From positions 54,043-118,042 of the forward strand of contig JBMCHT010000001.1 of assembly GCA_048617235.1 (NCBI GenBank): a DNA stretch of 64,000 nucleotides. The letters are read 5' to 3'. Below the pieces are notes generated by a model. The model was not told the DNA's origin. It ran no database searches and worked only from the letters and a program-made list of their open reading frames with translations. The DNA comes from Patescibacteria group bacterium. Its GTDB lineage: Bacteria; Patescibacteriota; Minisyncoccia; Phycocordibacterales; XYD1-FULL-46-19. Every line of letters starts with the position of its first letter. The stretch's first letter is position 1. Below, one piece after another: positions 1 through 10,535 of the stretch. Both the position numbers and the translations under genes were made by a program.

Positions 1-650
1 TATGGTTAGCCTCAGCCGGTACTTTTTATGGTCGCTGGTATTACCAAAAAAGAGGCTGGAATAAAGATCTGTCTATTCTTTTCTTGTTTATTGGCTGTTA
101 TTTTTTGACAGTTAATTTACCTTTGTTTATTAGCAATACTCAAGTTAATTGGATTGGTTGGGCTCATATTGCCGGTTTTGGTTTTTTAGCCTTGGCCATG
201 ATTCAAAGCCTACGCTTACCGATGTTTAAAAATATAAAAGTGATTAAAAATAATTTTGAAATTATTATTTGGTCTTTGGGATTTTTAGGTTTAGTTATTA
301 TGGCTATTTTAAGTTATGAAGTTCAACCACCAGTCACCAGTGGTTGGTTAACTCTATGGTCGCCTCATCCGGTAGCCGGTTGGTTAGCCGGGTTATTGGT
401 TTTAAGTTATGGCACCGCCTGGATTTGGCTTTTTAGTAATGCTTGTTTAAAAATTAGGAAAAAAGAAGCTCGAATTAAAATGCAAGCTCTAGGTTTGGCC
501 GGCTTTTCTCTCGGTTTGGCCGGTTGGTTTCATTTTACAGCCATTAATTTTTGGTTGAGTGGTATTTCTTTTGCTTTGAGTGCTTTATCCGGTTTACTGG
601 TTGCTTATTTTATTCTGTTGCCGAAATGGTTAAAGATACTCAAGAAATAA
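1..650 (+). CDS. Polytopic membrane protein, 5'-truncated by the window edge (possibly a 7TM sensor-type domain)
   Basis: The frame of ORF 84..650 is open back to position 3; about 6-7 hydrophobic segments; no recognisable catalytic motif. Confidence 0.55.
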   Translation, partial: WLASAGTFYGRWYYQKRGWNKDLSILFLFIGCYFLTVNLPLFISNTQVNWIGWAHIAGFGFLALAMIQSLRLPMFKNIKVIKNNFEIIIWSLGFLGLVIMAILSYEVQPPVTSGWLTLWSPHPVAGWLAGLLVLSYGTAWIWLFSNACLKIRKKEARIKMQALGLAGFSLGLAGWFHFTAINFWLSGISFALSALSGLLVAYFILLPKWLKILKK

Positions 651-651
651 A

Positions 652-680
652 TTGCTCTGTTTTTGTTAGTTTGCTATAGT
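652..680 (+). promoter_or_regulatory. sigma70-type promoter of trpS, leaderless geometry
   Basis: TTGCTC(652-657)-17 nt-TATAGT(675-680) with a TG extension; ATG 7 nt downstream. Confidence 0.7.
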
Positions 681-687
681 TAAGGTT

Positions 688-1665
688 ATGGAAAAGCAAA
701 AACCGAGATCTTTATCCGGAGTTAAACCTACTGGGCGACCACATATAGGTAATTACATGGGAGCCATGTTACCATTGGTTCAAGGACAAGGGGATTACCA
801 GACTTTTGTTATGGTAGCGGATTTACACTCCTTAACCGGTATCCATCAAGCTAAAACCCTTAGAAACTATATTAAAGAAATAGCTATAGATTATTTAGCT
901 ATTGGATTGGATCCTCGGAAAACTATAATTTTTCGTCAATCGGATATTCCCGCTCATTCCGAGTTGGCTTGGATTTTTGATTGCATTACTTCCATTGGGT
1001 ATTTACAAAGAGCCCATGCCTATAAAGACGCTTTGGCTAAAAACAAAGAAATTAATGTCGGAGTTTTTAATTATCCAATGTTAATGGCGGCGGATATTTT
1101 ACTTTATGATGTAGATATTGTGCCGGTGGGTCAAGACCAGAAACAACATGTGGAATATGCCCGAGATACGGCTGAGAAGTTTAATCGGCTTTTTGGTCAA
1201 GCTTTTAAATTACCGAAAGCGGTTATTCAAGAAGAAGTTAAATCGATTGTTGGAATTGATGGTCGGAAAATGAGTAAAAGTTATAATAATTATTTGTCTT
1301 TATTTGCCGAAGATGAAGAAATTAGAAAACAAGTGATGAAAATACCGACAGATTCCAAAAGTATAGAAGAACCAAAAGATCCGGATACTTGCCAGGTTTT
1401 TGCTTGGCACAGAGTTTTTTCAACCAAGGATTTAACCGAAATAGAAAAACGTTATCGTCAGGGTGGAATTGGTTATAAAGAAGCCAAAGAAATTCTAATA
1501 GATAACTTGATTGCCTTGATTAACCCCCTGCGAGAGAAAAGAAAAACCATAGCCGAAGATCCCAACTGGGTATTCTCGGTGTTAGAAGAAGGAGCTGAGA
1601 GAGTCAGACCCTTAGCAGATGAAAAAATAAGATTAGTTAAAGATTTAACCGGCTTGAGTTTATAG
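688..1665 (+). CDS. trpS: Tryptophanyl-tRNA synthetase
   Basis: SGVKPTG..HIGNY, YPMLMAADIL, VPVGQDQKQH and KMSKS motifs. Confidence 0.97.
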   Translation: MEKQKPRSLSGVKPTGRPHIGNYMGAMLPLVQGQGDYQTFVMVADLHSLTGIHQAKTLRNYIKEIAIDYLAIGLDPRKTIIFRQSDIPAHSELAWIFDCITSIGYLQRAHAYKDALAKNKEINVGVFNYPMLMAADILLYDVDIVPVGQDQKQHVEYARDTAEKFNRLFGQAFKLPKAVIQEEVKSIVGIDGRKMSKSYNNYLSLFAEDEEIRKQVMKIPTDSKSIEEPKDPDTCQVFAWHRVFSTKDLTEIEKRYRQGGIGYKEAKEILIDNLIALINPLREKRKTIAEDPNWVFSVLEEGAERVRPLADEKIRLVKDLTGLSL

Positions 1666-1677
1666 TTTTTATAATTC

Positions 1678-3465
1678 ATGAGTCATAAAATAACGACCAG
1701 ACACTTAAAAACCAGTTTTAAGGTGATAGGTGATTTTTTTAGAAAATATCGCCGGCAAGTGACCATTTTACTGATTTTAAATTTAATAATTGCCGTTGGT
1801 AATGCCACCGTTCCTTTTATTACCGGTAGATTTTTTGATGCCCTTCTAAATCCGGAGGCTGTTTTCAATATTGGTCAATATTCCATACCCTTGGTTTTGG
1901 GTATTTTAAGTATTTTATTTTTAATTCAATTAATTTTGGCTTTAATTGATTATAATAATGGTTACCGCTCGGCTTTAATTACTTTTTTATCTCGACATGA
2001 TCATCAGTTAAAATCTTATGACAGATTATTAGAACTACCTTTAGCCTTTCATAAAAAACATAAAATTGGCAGCATTCAAGGTAAAATCACAGAAACCGGT
2101 TGGGGAATGCAAACTCTAGTTGGTCGCTTAATTAATCAAACCGGTTTTACTTTGATTTCCGGTTTAATCGCTTTGGTTGTTATTTTTTATATCCATCCTT
2201 TGATGGCCTTATTTACCTTAACCGGTTTACTTATTTTTTTAATTTTCTCTACTCTAAATTTAAAACATACTGCTTTTGCTGAGCATAAATTTTATCAAGC
2301 TTTTGATATTGCTTATGGAGATGTTTATGACTCTTTAGCCAACATTTCCGCTATTAAACAAGCAGTATCCGAGGAGTATGAAAGAAATAAATTAAGGAAA
2401 AATTTTATTAAAAGATTGCAACCTTTGTGGATGACTTCGGAAAATATCTGGCGTAATTTACGATTTCAACAAAGAATAGTCATTATTTCGGTACAATTAG
2501 TGGTTTTTATCTGGTCAATAAAATTAGTAACTGACGGTATTATGTCTATAGGTGATTTAATTGCCTTTAATGCTTACTTAACTATGGTTTTTGGTCCTTT
2601 TGTGGAAATACTGGATATGTCTAAAACCGTTCAAAACGCTTTGATTAATATTGGTAATTTAGAAAAATTACTCAGTTATCCGGCGGAGAAATATCAACCA
2701 ACCAATAAAAAAGAATTGAAAAATATAAATGGAAAAATAAAATTTGATAATGTCTCTTTTAGCTACAAGCGTCGGGAACCGGTATTGGAAGATATTAGTT
2801 TTGAAATTGACCCGGGGCAAGTAGTAGCTTTAGTGGGAGAGTCCGGAGTGGGTAAAAGCACTTTAATTAACCTACTTTCGGCTTACTATTTCCCAACCAA
2901 AGGTAAAGTTTTAATAGATGAAATTAATATTCGTAAATTAGATTTGGGGTTTTTGCGATCTCAAATTGCCATTGTCCCTCAAGAAGTGGTTTTGTTTAAT
3001 GATACTATCAAAAGTAATATTAAATATGGTAATTTTAAAGCTAAAGACAATCAGGTGAAAAAAGCAGCCGAGCAAGCTCATGCCTTGGATTTTATTGAAA
3101 AATTCCCTAAAAAATGGAATCAGTTGGTGGGCGAAAGGGGAGTTAAATTATCTGTCGGTCAAAAACAAAGAATAGCCATTACTCGAGCTATTTTAAAAGA
3201 TCCCCGAATTTTAATTTTAGATGAACCAACCTCGGCTTTAGACGCTCGATCGGAAAAAATTATTCAGAAGTCTTTAAATGAATTAATGAAAAACCGAACT
3301 ACTTTTATTATCGCTCATCGTTTAAGTACTGTCAGAAAAGCCGATTTAATTTTAGTTTTAGAAAAAGGTAAAATAGTGGAAAAAGGAAACCACGATCAAT
3401 TAATTCAAAAACAAGATGGGACTTATCGAAAGTTATACGAATTACAAATAGGTTTACACGAATAA
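1678..3465 (+). CDS. ABC exporter, fused permease/ATPase (MsbA/MdlB-like)
   Basis: N-terminal TM domain; Walker A GESGVGKST, signature LSVGQKQR, Walker B LILDE, H-loop IAHRLST. Confidence 0.93.
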   Translation: MSHKITTRHLKTSFKVIGDFFRKYRRQVTILLILNLIIAVGNATVPFITGRFFDALLNPEAVFNIGQYSIPLVLGILSILFLIQLILALIDYNNGYRSALITFLSRHDHQLKSYDRLLELPLAFHKKHKIGSIQGKITETGWGMQTLVGRLINQTGFTLISGLIALVVIFYIHPLMALFTLTGLLIFLIFSTLNLKHTAFAEHKFYQAFDIAYGDVYDSLANISAIKQAVSEEYERNKLRKNFIKRLQPLWMTSENIWRNLRFQQRIVIISVQLVVFIWSIKLVTDGIMSIGDLIAFNAYLTMVFGPFVEILDMSKTVQNALINIGNLEKLLSYPAEKYQPTNKKELKNINGKIKFDNVSFSYKRREPVLEDISFEIDPGQVVALVGESGVGKSTLINLLSAYYFPTKGKVLIDEINIRKLDLGFLRSQIAIVPQEVVLFNDTIKSNIKYGNFKAKDNQVKKAAEQAHALDFIEKFPKKWNQLVGERGVKLSVGQKQRIAITRAILKDPRILILDEPTSALDARSEKIIQKSLNELMKNRTTFIIAHRLSTVRKADLILVLEKGKIVEKGNHDQLIQKQDGTYRKLYELQIGLHE

Positions 3466-3467
3466 CC

Positions 3468-4214
3468 ATGACAGATAATTTTAAAATTAAAGTTAAAGAT
3501 TTTGAAGGTCCTTTGGATTTATTGTTGCAATTAATTGAAAAAAGAAAAATGCACATTAGTGAAATTTCTTTAGCTGAAGTGGCTGAAGATTTTATCTCTT
3601 ATCTGGAAAGAAAAGAAGAATTACCTAAAGAAGAAGTGGTTGATTTTATCTTTATAGCCGCTTGTTTAATGTTAATAAAATCCGCTTCTTTATTACCTAA
3701 TTTAGAAACCATTCCGGCCGAAGAAGAAGATATTCGGGATTTAGAGATTAGATTAAAGTTGTATCAAATTATTAAATCTGTAGCCGGTAATTTAAGAAAA
3801 AGAATTGAAAAATATCCTATATTTTTAAATAAACCTCGAAAAAAAGAACCCGTATTTGCTCCCGGAGTTGATTTAACTATTTACAATCTACATCAAGCAG
3901 CTATCAAAACGCTGAATGATTTACCAGTAGCAGAAAAGAAAAAACCAACAATAGCTGTAGGAAAAACTATTAATCTGGAAGAAGTGGTGGATAATTTAAC
4001 TAATCGCTTACAACAATCTTTAAAATTATCTTTTAAAGAATTTGTCAATTCCGGAAAAACAGAAGACAAGAAACAATACAAGGTTATGGTAGTAGTTTCT
4101 TTTCTGAGCTTATTGGAGTTATTAAAAAGGGGAGTGGCTTCAGCTCAACAAAATGATCTTTTTAGCGATATAGAATTATCTAATCAAGCCACCAATACTC
4201 CTCGTTATATATAA
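3468..4214 (+). CDS. scpA: Segregation and condensation protein A
   Basis: FEGPLDLLLQLI N-terminus; C-terminal FLSLLEL; adjacent to scpB. Confidence 0.95.
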   Translation: MTDNFKIKVKDFEGPLDLLLQLIEKRKMHISEISLAEVAEDFISYLERKEELPKEEVVDFIFIAACLMLIKSASLLPNLETIPAEEEDIRDLEIRLKLYQIIKSVAGNLRKRIEKYPIFLNKPRKKEPVFAPGVDLTIYNLHQAAIKTLNDLPVAEKKKPTIAVGKTINLEEVVDNLTNRLQQSLKLSFKEFVNSGKTEDKKQYKVMVVVSFLSLLELLKRGVASAQQNDLFSDIELSNQATNTPRYI

Positions 4215-4253
4215 AAAGAACCCCGGCAATATCTAACTACGACACTGCCGGGG
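4213..4253 (-). terminator. Intrinsic terminator of the minus-strand mini-unit
   Basis: 8-bp GC stem 4221-4228/4246-4253 followed on the minus strand by TTCTTTTT. Confidence 0.7.
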
Positions 4254-4333
4254 AGTAGGTGGTTTCCGGAGAGCGCCGGATAAGAAAAAGGCGCTCAACC
4301 CGGAAACCGAGGGAAGGAAGGTCATTTAATCTG
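4213..4333 (-). ncRNA. Candidate ~120-nt structured small RNA (could alternatively encode a 30-aa peptide, 4235..4325)
   Basis: Consensus promoter upstream; nested hairpin GGTTTCCG/CGGAAACC plus GAGCGCC/GGCGCTC (4261-4308); terminator CCCCGGCA/TGCCGGGG with a U-tract. Confidence 0.6.
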
Positions 4334-4338
4334 TCGTT

Positions 4339-4367
4339 ATTATATATTTTATCAAATAATATGTCAA
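4339..4367 (-). promoter_or_regulatory. Perfect-consensus sigma70 promoter
   Basis: Minus strand reads TTGACA(4367-4362)-17 nt-TATAAT(4344-4339). Confidence 0.85.
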
Positions 4368-4410
4368 TACCCATTTGCTAAAAAGATGAAAAAAAGTTAA
4401 TCTTATAGGT

Positions 4411-4983
4411 ATGAATTTAGGTCAAAAAATAGAAGCTTTGTTATTTTATAAGGCGGAACCACTTAAAAAAAATAAAATAATTGAATGGCTTCAAACAGAT
4501 TTTCAATCTCTAACAGAGGCTGTTTCAGAGCTAAAAGTACTTTTAAACAATCGGGGGTTGATTTTAATAGAAACAGATGACAGTTTGGCTTTGGGTACCA
4601 GGCCGGAATTAGCGGAACTATTAGCTGAAATAGATAAAAAAGAATTAGAGTCCAATTTGGGGCCTGCCGGTTTAGAAGTTTTGGCTATAGTTTTATACCA
4701 AGGACCGATTACCAGAGCCGGAATAGATTATATTCGAGGAGTTAATTCTAGCTCGACCTTGCGTCAACTAACTATGAGAGGCTTATTGGAGAAAAATAAA
4801 AATATTAATGGAGATAATAAAACTTTGGTTTATAAACCAACTATTGATTTATTAACTAAACTGGGAATTAGTAATTTGAATGATTTGCCGGATTACCAAA
4901 CCATTAAAACTAAGATGAATTCTTTTAAACAAGATGAAGGTGAAGATGAAACAAAAAACCAAACTTATGAAAAAGAAAATTAA
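4411..4983 (+). CDS. scpB: Segregation and condensation protein B
   Basis: IEALLF N-terminus; LEVLAIVLYQGPITRAGIDYIRGVNS motif. Confidence 0.95.
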   Translation: MNLGQKIEALLFYKAEPLKKNKIIEWLQTDFQSLTEAVSELKVLLNNRGLILIETDDSLALGTRPELAELLAEIDKKELESNLGPAGLEVLAIVLYQGPITRAGIDYIRGVNSSSTLRQLTMRGLLEKNKNINGDNKTLVYKPTIDLLTKLGISNLNDLPDYQTIKTKMNSFKQDEGEDETKNQTYEKEN

Positions 4984-5899
4984 TTTTAATATTGTTAATA
5001 AAATTATATTAGTGATTGCCACTTTAGGACTGTTTTCACTTATTATTATCGGCTTACCTTGGCAAGAAGCCAATAATTCCTTACAACTGGCGGCAATTGA
5101 AGCCGGATCTCCAAACCAAGAACAACCGGTTGATTATTGGACAGAATTAGAATTATCAGCTGAAGCTGCCGCTGTTTATAATATAACTACCGAAGAATTC
5201 ATTTTTGAAAAAAAATTAAATAAACATCTGCCAATCGCTTCAGTAACCAAATTAATGACCATAATTACGGCAGTTGATTATTTAAATTATGAAGACAAAA
5301 TAACTATCGAATCATCTGAGGCCGGAATAATAAGCAGCGCCGGTTTACAAACAGGAGATACTTGGAGATTTGAAGATTTGGCTCGTTTTACTTTAATTAC
5401 TTCCAGTAATGGGGGAGCGACAGCTATTGCTCGAGCAGCCGGTCAAAAAGCCGGAGATGAAAATTTTATCAGTTTGATGAATAAAAAAGCTAAAGATCTT
5501 GGTTTAAATAATACTTTTTTTGTTAATTCAACAGGTTTGGATGTAGGTGGTCAACACAGCGGTTCTTATAGTACCGCTCGAGAAATAACTTTATTAATGG
5601 TTAAACTGTGGCAACAAGAATCAGATTTACTAACTTCAACCGGTTTAACTTCAACTTCTTTTACAACTACAAGCGGCCGTCGCTACCCAGCCACCAACAC
5701 TAATAAGAAAATGGATATTATGCCCGGTTTAGTGGCTTCCAAAACCGGATATACCGGTAACGCCGGAGGTAATTTAACTACAGTGGTAGATATTGGTCCG
5801 GGAAATTATTATGTCATTACAGTTTTAGGATCTACTCGAGAACAAAGAACCGAGGATATCAGTAAAATGATCTTTACTCTTATTAAATCTTTAAAATAA
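4967..5899 (+). CDS. D-alanyl-D-alanine carboxypeptidase (peptidase S11)
   Basis: SxxK (ASVTK), SxN (SSN) and KTG motifs; N-terminal anchor; start at 4967 preferred over 4934. Confidence 0.9.
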   Translation: MKKKINFNIVNKIILVIATLGLFSLIIIGLPWQEANNSLQLAAIEAGSPNQEQPVDYWTELELSAEAAAVYNITTEEFIFEKKLNKHLPIASVTKLMTIITAVDYLNYEDKITIESSEAGIISSAGLQTGDTWRFEDLARFTLITSSNGGATAIARAAGQKAGDENFISLMNKKAKDLGLNNTFFVNSTGLDVGGQHSGSYSTAREITLLMVKLWQQESDLLTSTGLTSTSFTTTSGRRYPATNTNKKMDIMPGLVASKTGYTGNAGGNLTTVVDIGPGNYYVITVLGSTREQRTEDISKMIFTLIKSLK

Positions 5900-5906
5900 T
5901 ATAATT

Positions 5907-6974
5907 ATGACCGGTATATATCTAGATATTTTCAAAGTCTTTGTACCAACTTTAACCGCTTTTGTGGTGGGAATTTCTTTAACCCCTGTTTTAACTCATT
6001 ATTTATATAAACATAAATTATGGAAGAAAAAAGCCGGTAAAATCTCTCCCGACGGACAAGCCACTCCGGTTTTTGATCGTTTACATAAAGATAAAGAAGT
6101 GGGCACGCCACGCATGGGGGGGGTGGTTATTTGGAGCAGTGTTTTAATTACAATCACTTTTTTTTGGCTTATATCTATTCTAATACCTGAATCCGATTTT
6201 TGGATTAAACTTAATTTTTTAAGCCGAAATCAGACATGGTTACCTTTATTTACTTTAATAGTAGCTTCTCTTTTAGGTTTGGCTGATGATTGGCTACAAG
6301 TATCTAGCACCAACAAAACCAATGAAGGTTTACCTTTTAATTATCGTTTATTGGTAGTCGGTTTTCTTGGATTAGTTGGAGGTTGGTGGTTTTTTGCCAA
6401 ATTAGGAATGACAGAAATCAGTTTACCTTTTTTTGAAAATAACCTTTATTTAGGCTGGTTAATAATACCGTTATTTATAATAATAATGTTAGCTTTGTTT
6501 TCCAGTGGAGTAATAGATGGATTAGACGGATTATCCGGTGGAATAATGTCTATAATCTTTTTCACTTATGCCGCTTTGGCTTTTTTTCAAACTCAAGTTA
6601 ATTTGGCTACCTTCTGTGCCGTGGTTGGTGGAGCTATTTTAGCCTTCTTATGGTTTAATATTCCGCCGGCTAGGTTTTATATGTCTGAAACGGGCATCTT
6701 GGGTTTAACCACCGCCTTAACAGTTGTAGTCTTCTTAACTGATTCTGTTTTATTATTACCAATCATTGCTTTACCATTGGTTGTCACTTCCGGTTCAGTG
6801 GTTATCCAAATGTTATCTAAAAAAATGCGACACGGTAAAAAAATCTTTAAGATAGCTCCTCTTCATCATCATTTTGAAGCTATTGGTTGGCCAGCCTATA
6901 AAGTGGTAATGCGTTATTGGCTGATAGGGATAATAGCCGCCATTATTGGTTTAATTTTAGCCTTAATCAGTTAG
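5907..6974 (+). CDS. mraY: Phospho-N-acetylmuramoyl-pentapeptide transferase
   Basis: GTPRMGG, DD, DGLDGL and APLHHHFE motifs; multiple TM segments. Confidence 0.95.
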   Translation: MTGIYLDIFKVFVPTLTAFVVGISLTPVLTHYLYKHKLWKKKAGKISPDGQATPVFDRLHKDKEVGTPRMGGVVIWSSVLITITFFWLISILIPESDFWIKLNFLSRNQTWLPLFTLIVASLLGLADDWLQVSSTNKTNEGLPFNYRLLVVGFLGLVGGWWFFAKLGMTEISLPFFENNLYLGWLIIPLFIIIMLALFSSGVIDGLDGLSGGIMSIIFFTYAALAFFQTQVNLATFCAVVGGAILAFLWFNIPPARFYMSETGILGLTTALTVVVFLTDSVLLLPIIALPLVVTSGSVVIQMLSKKMRHGKKIFKIAPLHHHFEAIGWPAYKVVMRYWLIGIIAAIIGLILALIS

Positions 6975-6977
6975 AAT

Positions 6978-8084
6978 ATGTCTGCCCTCCCAAAACCTCA
7001 AAAAGCCAATCGTTTTTTATTGACTCTGGTTTTAATTATGACCGGAATTGGCTTTTTAATGTTTACCTCGGCAGCCATGGGAACATTAAGCCATAATATA
7101 CACATTTTTAATTTATTGGTGTCCAAACAATTCATTATTTTAATTTTTGGCCTTTGTTTAATGGTAGTTACCAGTCACATTCCTTATCCCAAGTGGCGCC
7201 AATGGGCTTTGTATTTTTTTGGTTTTGGACTTTTAGCTACTTTAGCTGTTTGGGTTCCGAGTCTGGGTTCTACACTCGGGGGGGCTAATCGTTGGCTTAA
7301 TATAGCCGGTTTTTCTTTTCAACCGGCCGAAATTTTAAAAATAGCTTATGTTATATACCTAGCCGGCTGGTTAGCTTCTGTTAAAGATAATATAGAAGAA
7401 ATTAAAGCCAGTATTATTCCGGCTGTTATTATTACAGCTTTAACTATTGGGGTCTTGGCTCTGCAACCGGATTACGGCACCATTTTAGTTATTACCGTAA
7501 GTGGAGGAGCTATTTTACTGGCTTCAAGAGCTCGCTATTTTCATTTATTTGTTTTAGGATTTATTGGTTTGCTTATAATTACAACCATGGCTTGGCAAAG
7601 TACTTATATTCAATACAGAATCCAAACCTTTTTAAACCCGGGAGAAAATTTACAGACTACCGGTTATCAAATAGATCAATCCATAATTGCCATCGGCTCC
7701 GGTGGTCTAACCGGTAGAGGTTTTGGTCAAAGTTTGCAAAAATTTGAATTTTTACCCCAACCAATAGCCGATTCAATTTTTGCAGTTGTAGCTGAAGAGT
7801 TTGGTTTTATTGGTAGTTTTATTTTAATTTTTCTCTATGCCATGTTAGCTTGTATTGGAATTAAAATAGCTTCCAAAGCCAAAGACGATTTTGGTAGACT
7901 ACTGGCTATTGGAATTGTTATACTGATCGTATCCCAATCTTTTATTAACATCGGGGCTATGATTGGACTCTTGCCCTTATCCGGTTTACCGCTTATTTTT
8001 GTCAGTCACGGGGGCACAGCTCTATTGTTATCTTTAATGTCTATTGGTATCTTACTTAATATTTCTAAATATCAAAAGAAATAA
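6978..8084 (+). CDS. ftsW: SEDS peptidoglycan polymerase, FtsW/RodA family
   Basis: GANRW, FQPAE, QPDYGT, GYQ..QS..AIGSGG and LP..G..L.F.S.GG motifs; lies between mraY and murG. Confidence 0.9.
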   Translation: MSALPKPQKANRFLLTLVLIMTGIGFLMFTSAAMGTLSHNIHIFNLLVSKQFIILIFGLCLMVVTSHIPYPKWRQWALYFFGFGLLATLAVWVPSLGSTLGGANRWLNIAGFSFQPAEILKIAYVIYLAGWLASVKDNIEEIKASIIPAVIITALTIGVLALQPDYGTILVITVSGGAILLASRARYFHLFVLGFIGLLIITTMAWQSTYIQYRIQTFLNPGENLQTTGYQIDQSIIAIGSGGLTGRGFGQSLQKFEFLPQPIADSIFAVVAEEFGFIGSFILIFLYAMLACIGIKIASKAKDDFGRLLAIGIVILIVSQSFINIGAMIGLLPLSGLPLIFVSHGGTALLLSLMSIGILLNISKYQKK

Positions 8085-8086
8085 AT

Positions 8087-9211
8087 ATGAAAATAATTTT
8101 TACAGGCGGAGGAACCGGAGGTCATTTTTATCCCATTATAGCGGTAGCTCAAGAAGTTCGGGATATTATTTATGATCAGAAATTAATAGAACCTAAACTT
8201 TATTACATCTCAGACAAACCCTATAACTCTAAAGCTTTAAAAGAAAATTATTTGGAATTTATAAAAATACCAACCGGTAAAAAAAGACGCTATCGTTCTA
8301 TTCTTAATATATTGGATATATTCAAAACCGGATTAGGTTTAATCTTGGCTTTATGGAAAATATTTTGGATCTATCCCGACGTTATTTTTTCCAAAGGAGG
8401 TTATGCCAGCTTCCCAACGGTTTGGGCCGGTCGTATTTTAAAAATCCCGGTTATTATTCATGAATCAGACTCCAAACCGGGACTGGTTAATAAATGGGCC
8501 GGGAAATTTGCTACCAGAGTAGCTTTATCCTATCCGGAAGCAAAACAATACTTTAAGCCTGAAATTACAGCAGTCACCGGCAATCCTATCCGTAGAGAAA
8601 TAAAAAGATTGATTAAAAAAGGCTCTCATGAATTTTTAAAATTAAACTCGGATAAACCAACTATATTTGTAGTAGGTGGTTCCCAGGGAGCGCAAACAAT
8701 AAATGAAATAATCATTTCCATTTTGCCTAAATTGTTAGAAAAGTATCAAGTAATTCACCAAACCGGAGTTAATAATTATGAAGAAGTGACCAATCGAACA
8801 TCAGTTATATTATCCGATGAACAAAAAAAGAATTATCGTCCTTATGGTTATTTAAATGATTTAGCTATGAGAATGGCTGCCGGAGCCTCCGATTTAATTA
8901 TTTCTCGAGCCGGTTCAGCCATTTTTGAAATAGCTAATTGGGGTTTACCCAGCATTATTATACCGATTCCGGAGAATATTAGTCATGATCAACGAAGCAA
9001 TGCTTTTATTTACGCTCATCAAGGAGCCTGTTCGGTTATAGAAGAAAATAATTTAACCCCCTCAATTTTAACAGCGGAAATTAATAGAATAATTTTAAAT
9101 AAAGATTTAAGGCAAAAAATGTCCGATCAAGCTAAAAAGTTTTCTCACGAAAATGCAGCTAAAATTATAGCTAACGAAATAATTAATATAACCTTAAAAC
9201 ATGAAAAATAG
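8087..9211 (+). CDS. murG: Lipid II GlcNAc transferase
   Basis: TGGGTGGH, KGGYAS, TGNPIR, GGSQGA and ISRAG motifs. Confidence 0.96.
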   Translation: MKIIFTGGGTGGHFYPIIAVAQEVRDIIYDQKLIEPKLYYISDKPYNSKALKENYLEFIKIPTGKKRRYRSILNILDIFKTGLGLILALWKIFWIYPDVIFSKGGYASFPTVWAGRILKIPVIIHESDSKPGLVNKWAGKFATRVALSYPEAKQYFKPEITAVTGNPIRREIKRLIKKGSHEFLKLNSDKPTIFVVGGSQGAQTINEIIISILPKLLEKYQVIHQTGVNNYEEVTNRTSVILSDEQKKNYRPYGYLNDLAMRMAAGASDLIISRAGSAIFEIANWGLPSIIIPIPENISHDQRSNAFIYAHQGACSVIEENNLTPSILTAEINRIILNKDLRQKMSDQAKKFSHENAAKIIANEIINITLKHEK

Positions 9212-10535
9212 AGTTAGAATTGCTCCCAGTCCAACCGGTTTTATGCACCTAGGCACAGCCAGAGCGACTTTGTTCAATTATCTTTTTATTAAAAATATAG
9301 GTGGAGAATTTATTCTTCGGATAGATGATACAGATAAAGAACGTTGCCAACCGGAATATGAAGCCAGTATTATTAAGGGATTAAAATGGCTTGGATTAAA
9401 TTATGATGATATTTATTATCAATCTAAAAACAAAGATAAATATAGTCAAGCCATTGTAACTCTGTTGGAAAATAATTCTGCTTATTGGTCTCAAGAAGAA
9501 AACCCCAAACCGGGACAATCTCCGGAAGTTATCAGGTTTAGAAACCCGGGTGGAGAAATTGTTTTTGAAGATCTAATTCACGGCTCAATAAAATTTAAGA
9601 TTGATGATTTGGGAGATTTTATAATAGCTAAAAATTTAGAACAACCTTTGTATCATTTAGCTTCTATTGTTGACGATATTGATTCAGAAATTACTCACAT
9701 TATCAGAGGAGACGATCATATAGCCAACACTCCCAGACAAATTTTGTTATGGCAAGCTCTGACGGATAAATCTACTCCTCAATGGGCTCACATCCCTATG
9801 ATTTTAGCTCCGGATAAAAGTAAACTATCTAAACGCCATGGAGCTGTTTCGCTTTTGGCTTATAAAGAAGAAGGATATCTTCCGGAAGCAATGATAAATT
9901 TTTTAGCTTTATTAGGCTGGACCCCTCAAGCCAAAACTCCTAACAATAAACCAACTGACAAAGAAATATTCGGGTTAGAAGAATTAATTAAACGTTTTCA
10001 TTTATCCGGTATTAGTAAAAACGGAGCTATTTTTAATATTGATAAATTAAATTGGATCAATCAGATTTATCTAAAAAAACAATCAACAAAAGAAATGATC
10101 CAAGAAATACCCAAATATTGGCCGGAAACTGAGAAGTTATCTCTGCAAACCAGGGAAAAATTTTGGAACTTGGTAGTGGAAAGAATACACACCCTCCATC
10201 AATTAGCCCATCCTGACATCCAAGCCGAATGGAATTTTATTTTGAATAGACCAAAACCCGATCCCGAATTGATTAAAAATCCACTTCATTTAAAACCCCT
10301 AGCTGATAGACTATCTGAAATTCCGGCAAATAATTTTACTGCCGAAAATATTAAAGAAAAAATTTGGAATTACGCCACTGAAGAGGGGAGAGGAGAGGTG
10401 TTGTGGCCCATGAGAACCGCTTTAACCGGTTTAAAAAAATCAACCGATCCTTTTTCGGCAGCTGAGTTGTTGGGTTCAACAGAAACTCTACATCGTCTAA
10501 AAATAGCTGAAGAATCTTTCAAAAATAATGAATAA
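9201..10535 (+). CDS. gltX: Glutamyl-tRNA synthetase
   Basis: RIAPSPTG.MHLG, RIDDTD, HIIRGDDH and KLSKR motifs. Confidence 0.96.
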   Translation: MKNRVRIAPSPTGFMHLGTARATLFNYLFIKNIGGEFILRIDDTDKERCQPEYEASIIKGLKWLGLNYDDIYYQSKNKDKYSQAIVTLLENNSAYWSQEENPKPGQSPEVIRFRNPGGEIVFEDLIHGSIKFKIDDLGDFIIAKNLEQPLYHLASIVDDIDSEITHIIRGDDHIANTPRQILLWQALTDKSTPQWAHIPMILAPDKSKLSKRHGAVSLLAYKEEGYLPEAMINFLALLGWTPQAKTPNNKPTDKEIFGLEELIKRFHLSGISKNGAIFNIDKLNWINQIYLKKQSTKEMIQEIPKYWPETEKLSLQTREKFWNLVVERIHTLHQLAHPDIQAEWNFILNRPKPDPELIKNPLHLKPLADRLSEIPANNFTAENIKEKIWNYATEEGRGEVLWPMRTALTGLKKSTDPFSAAELLGSTETLHRLKIAEESFKNNE

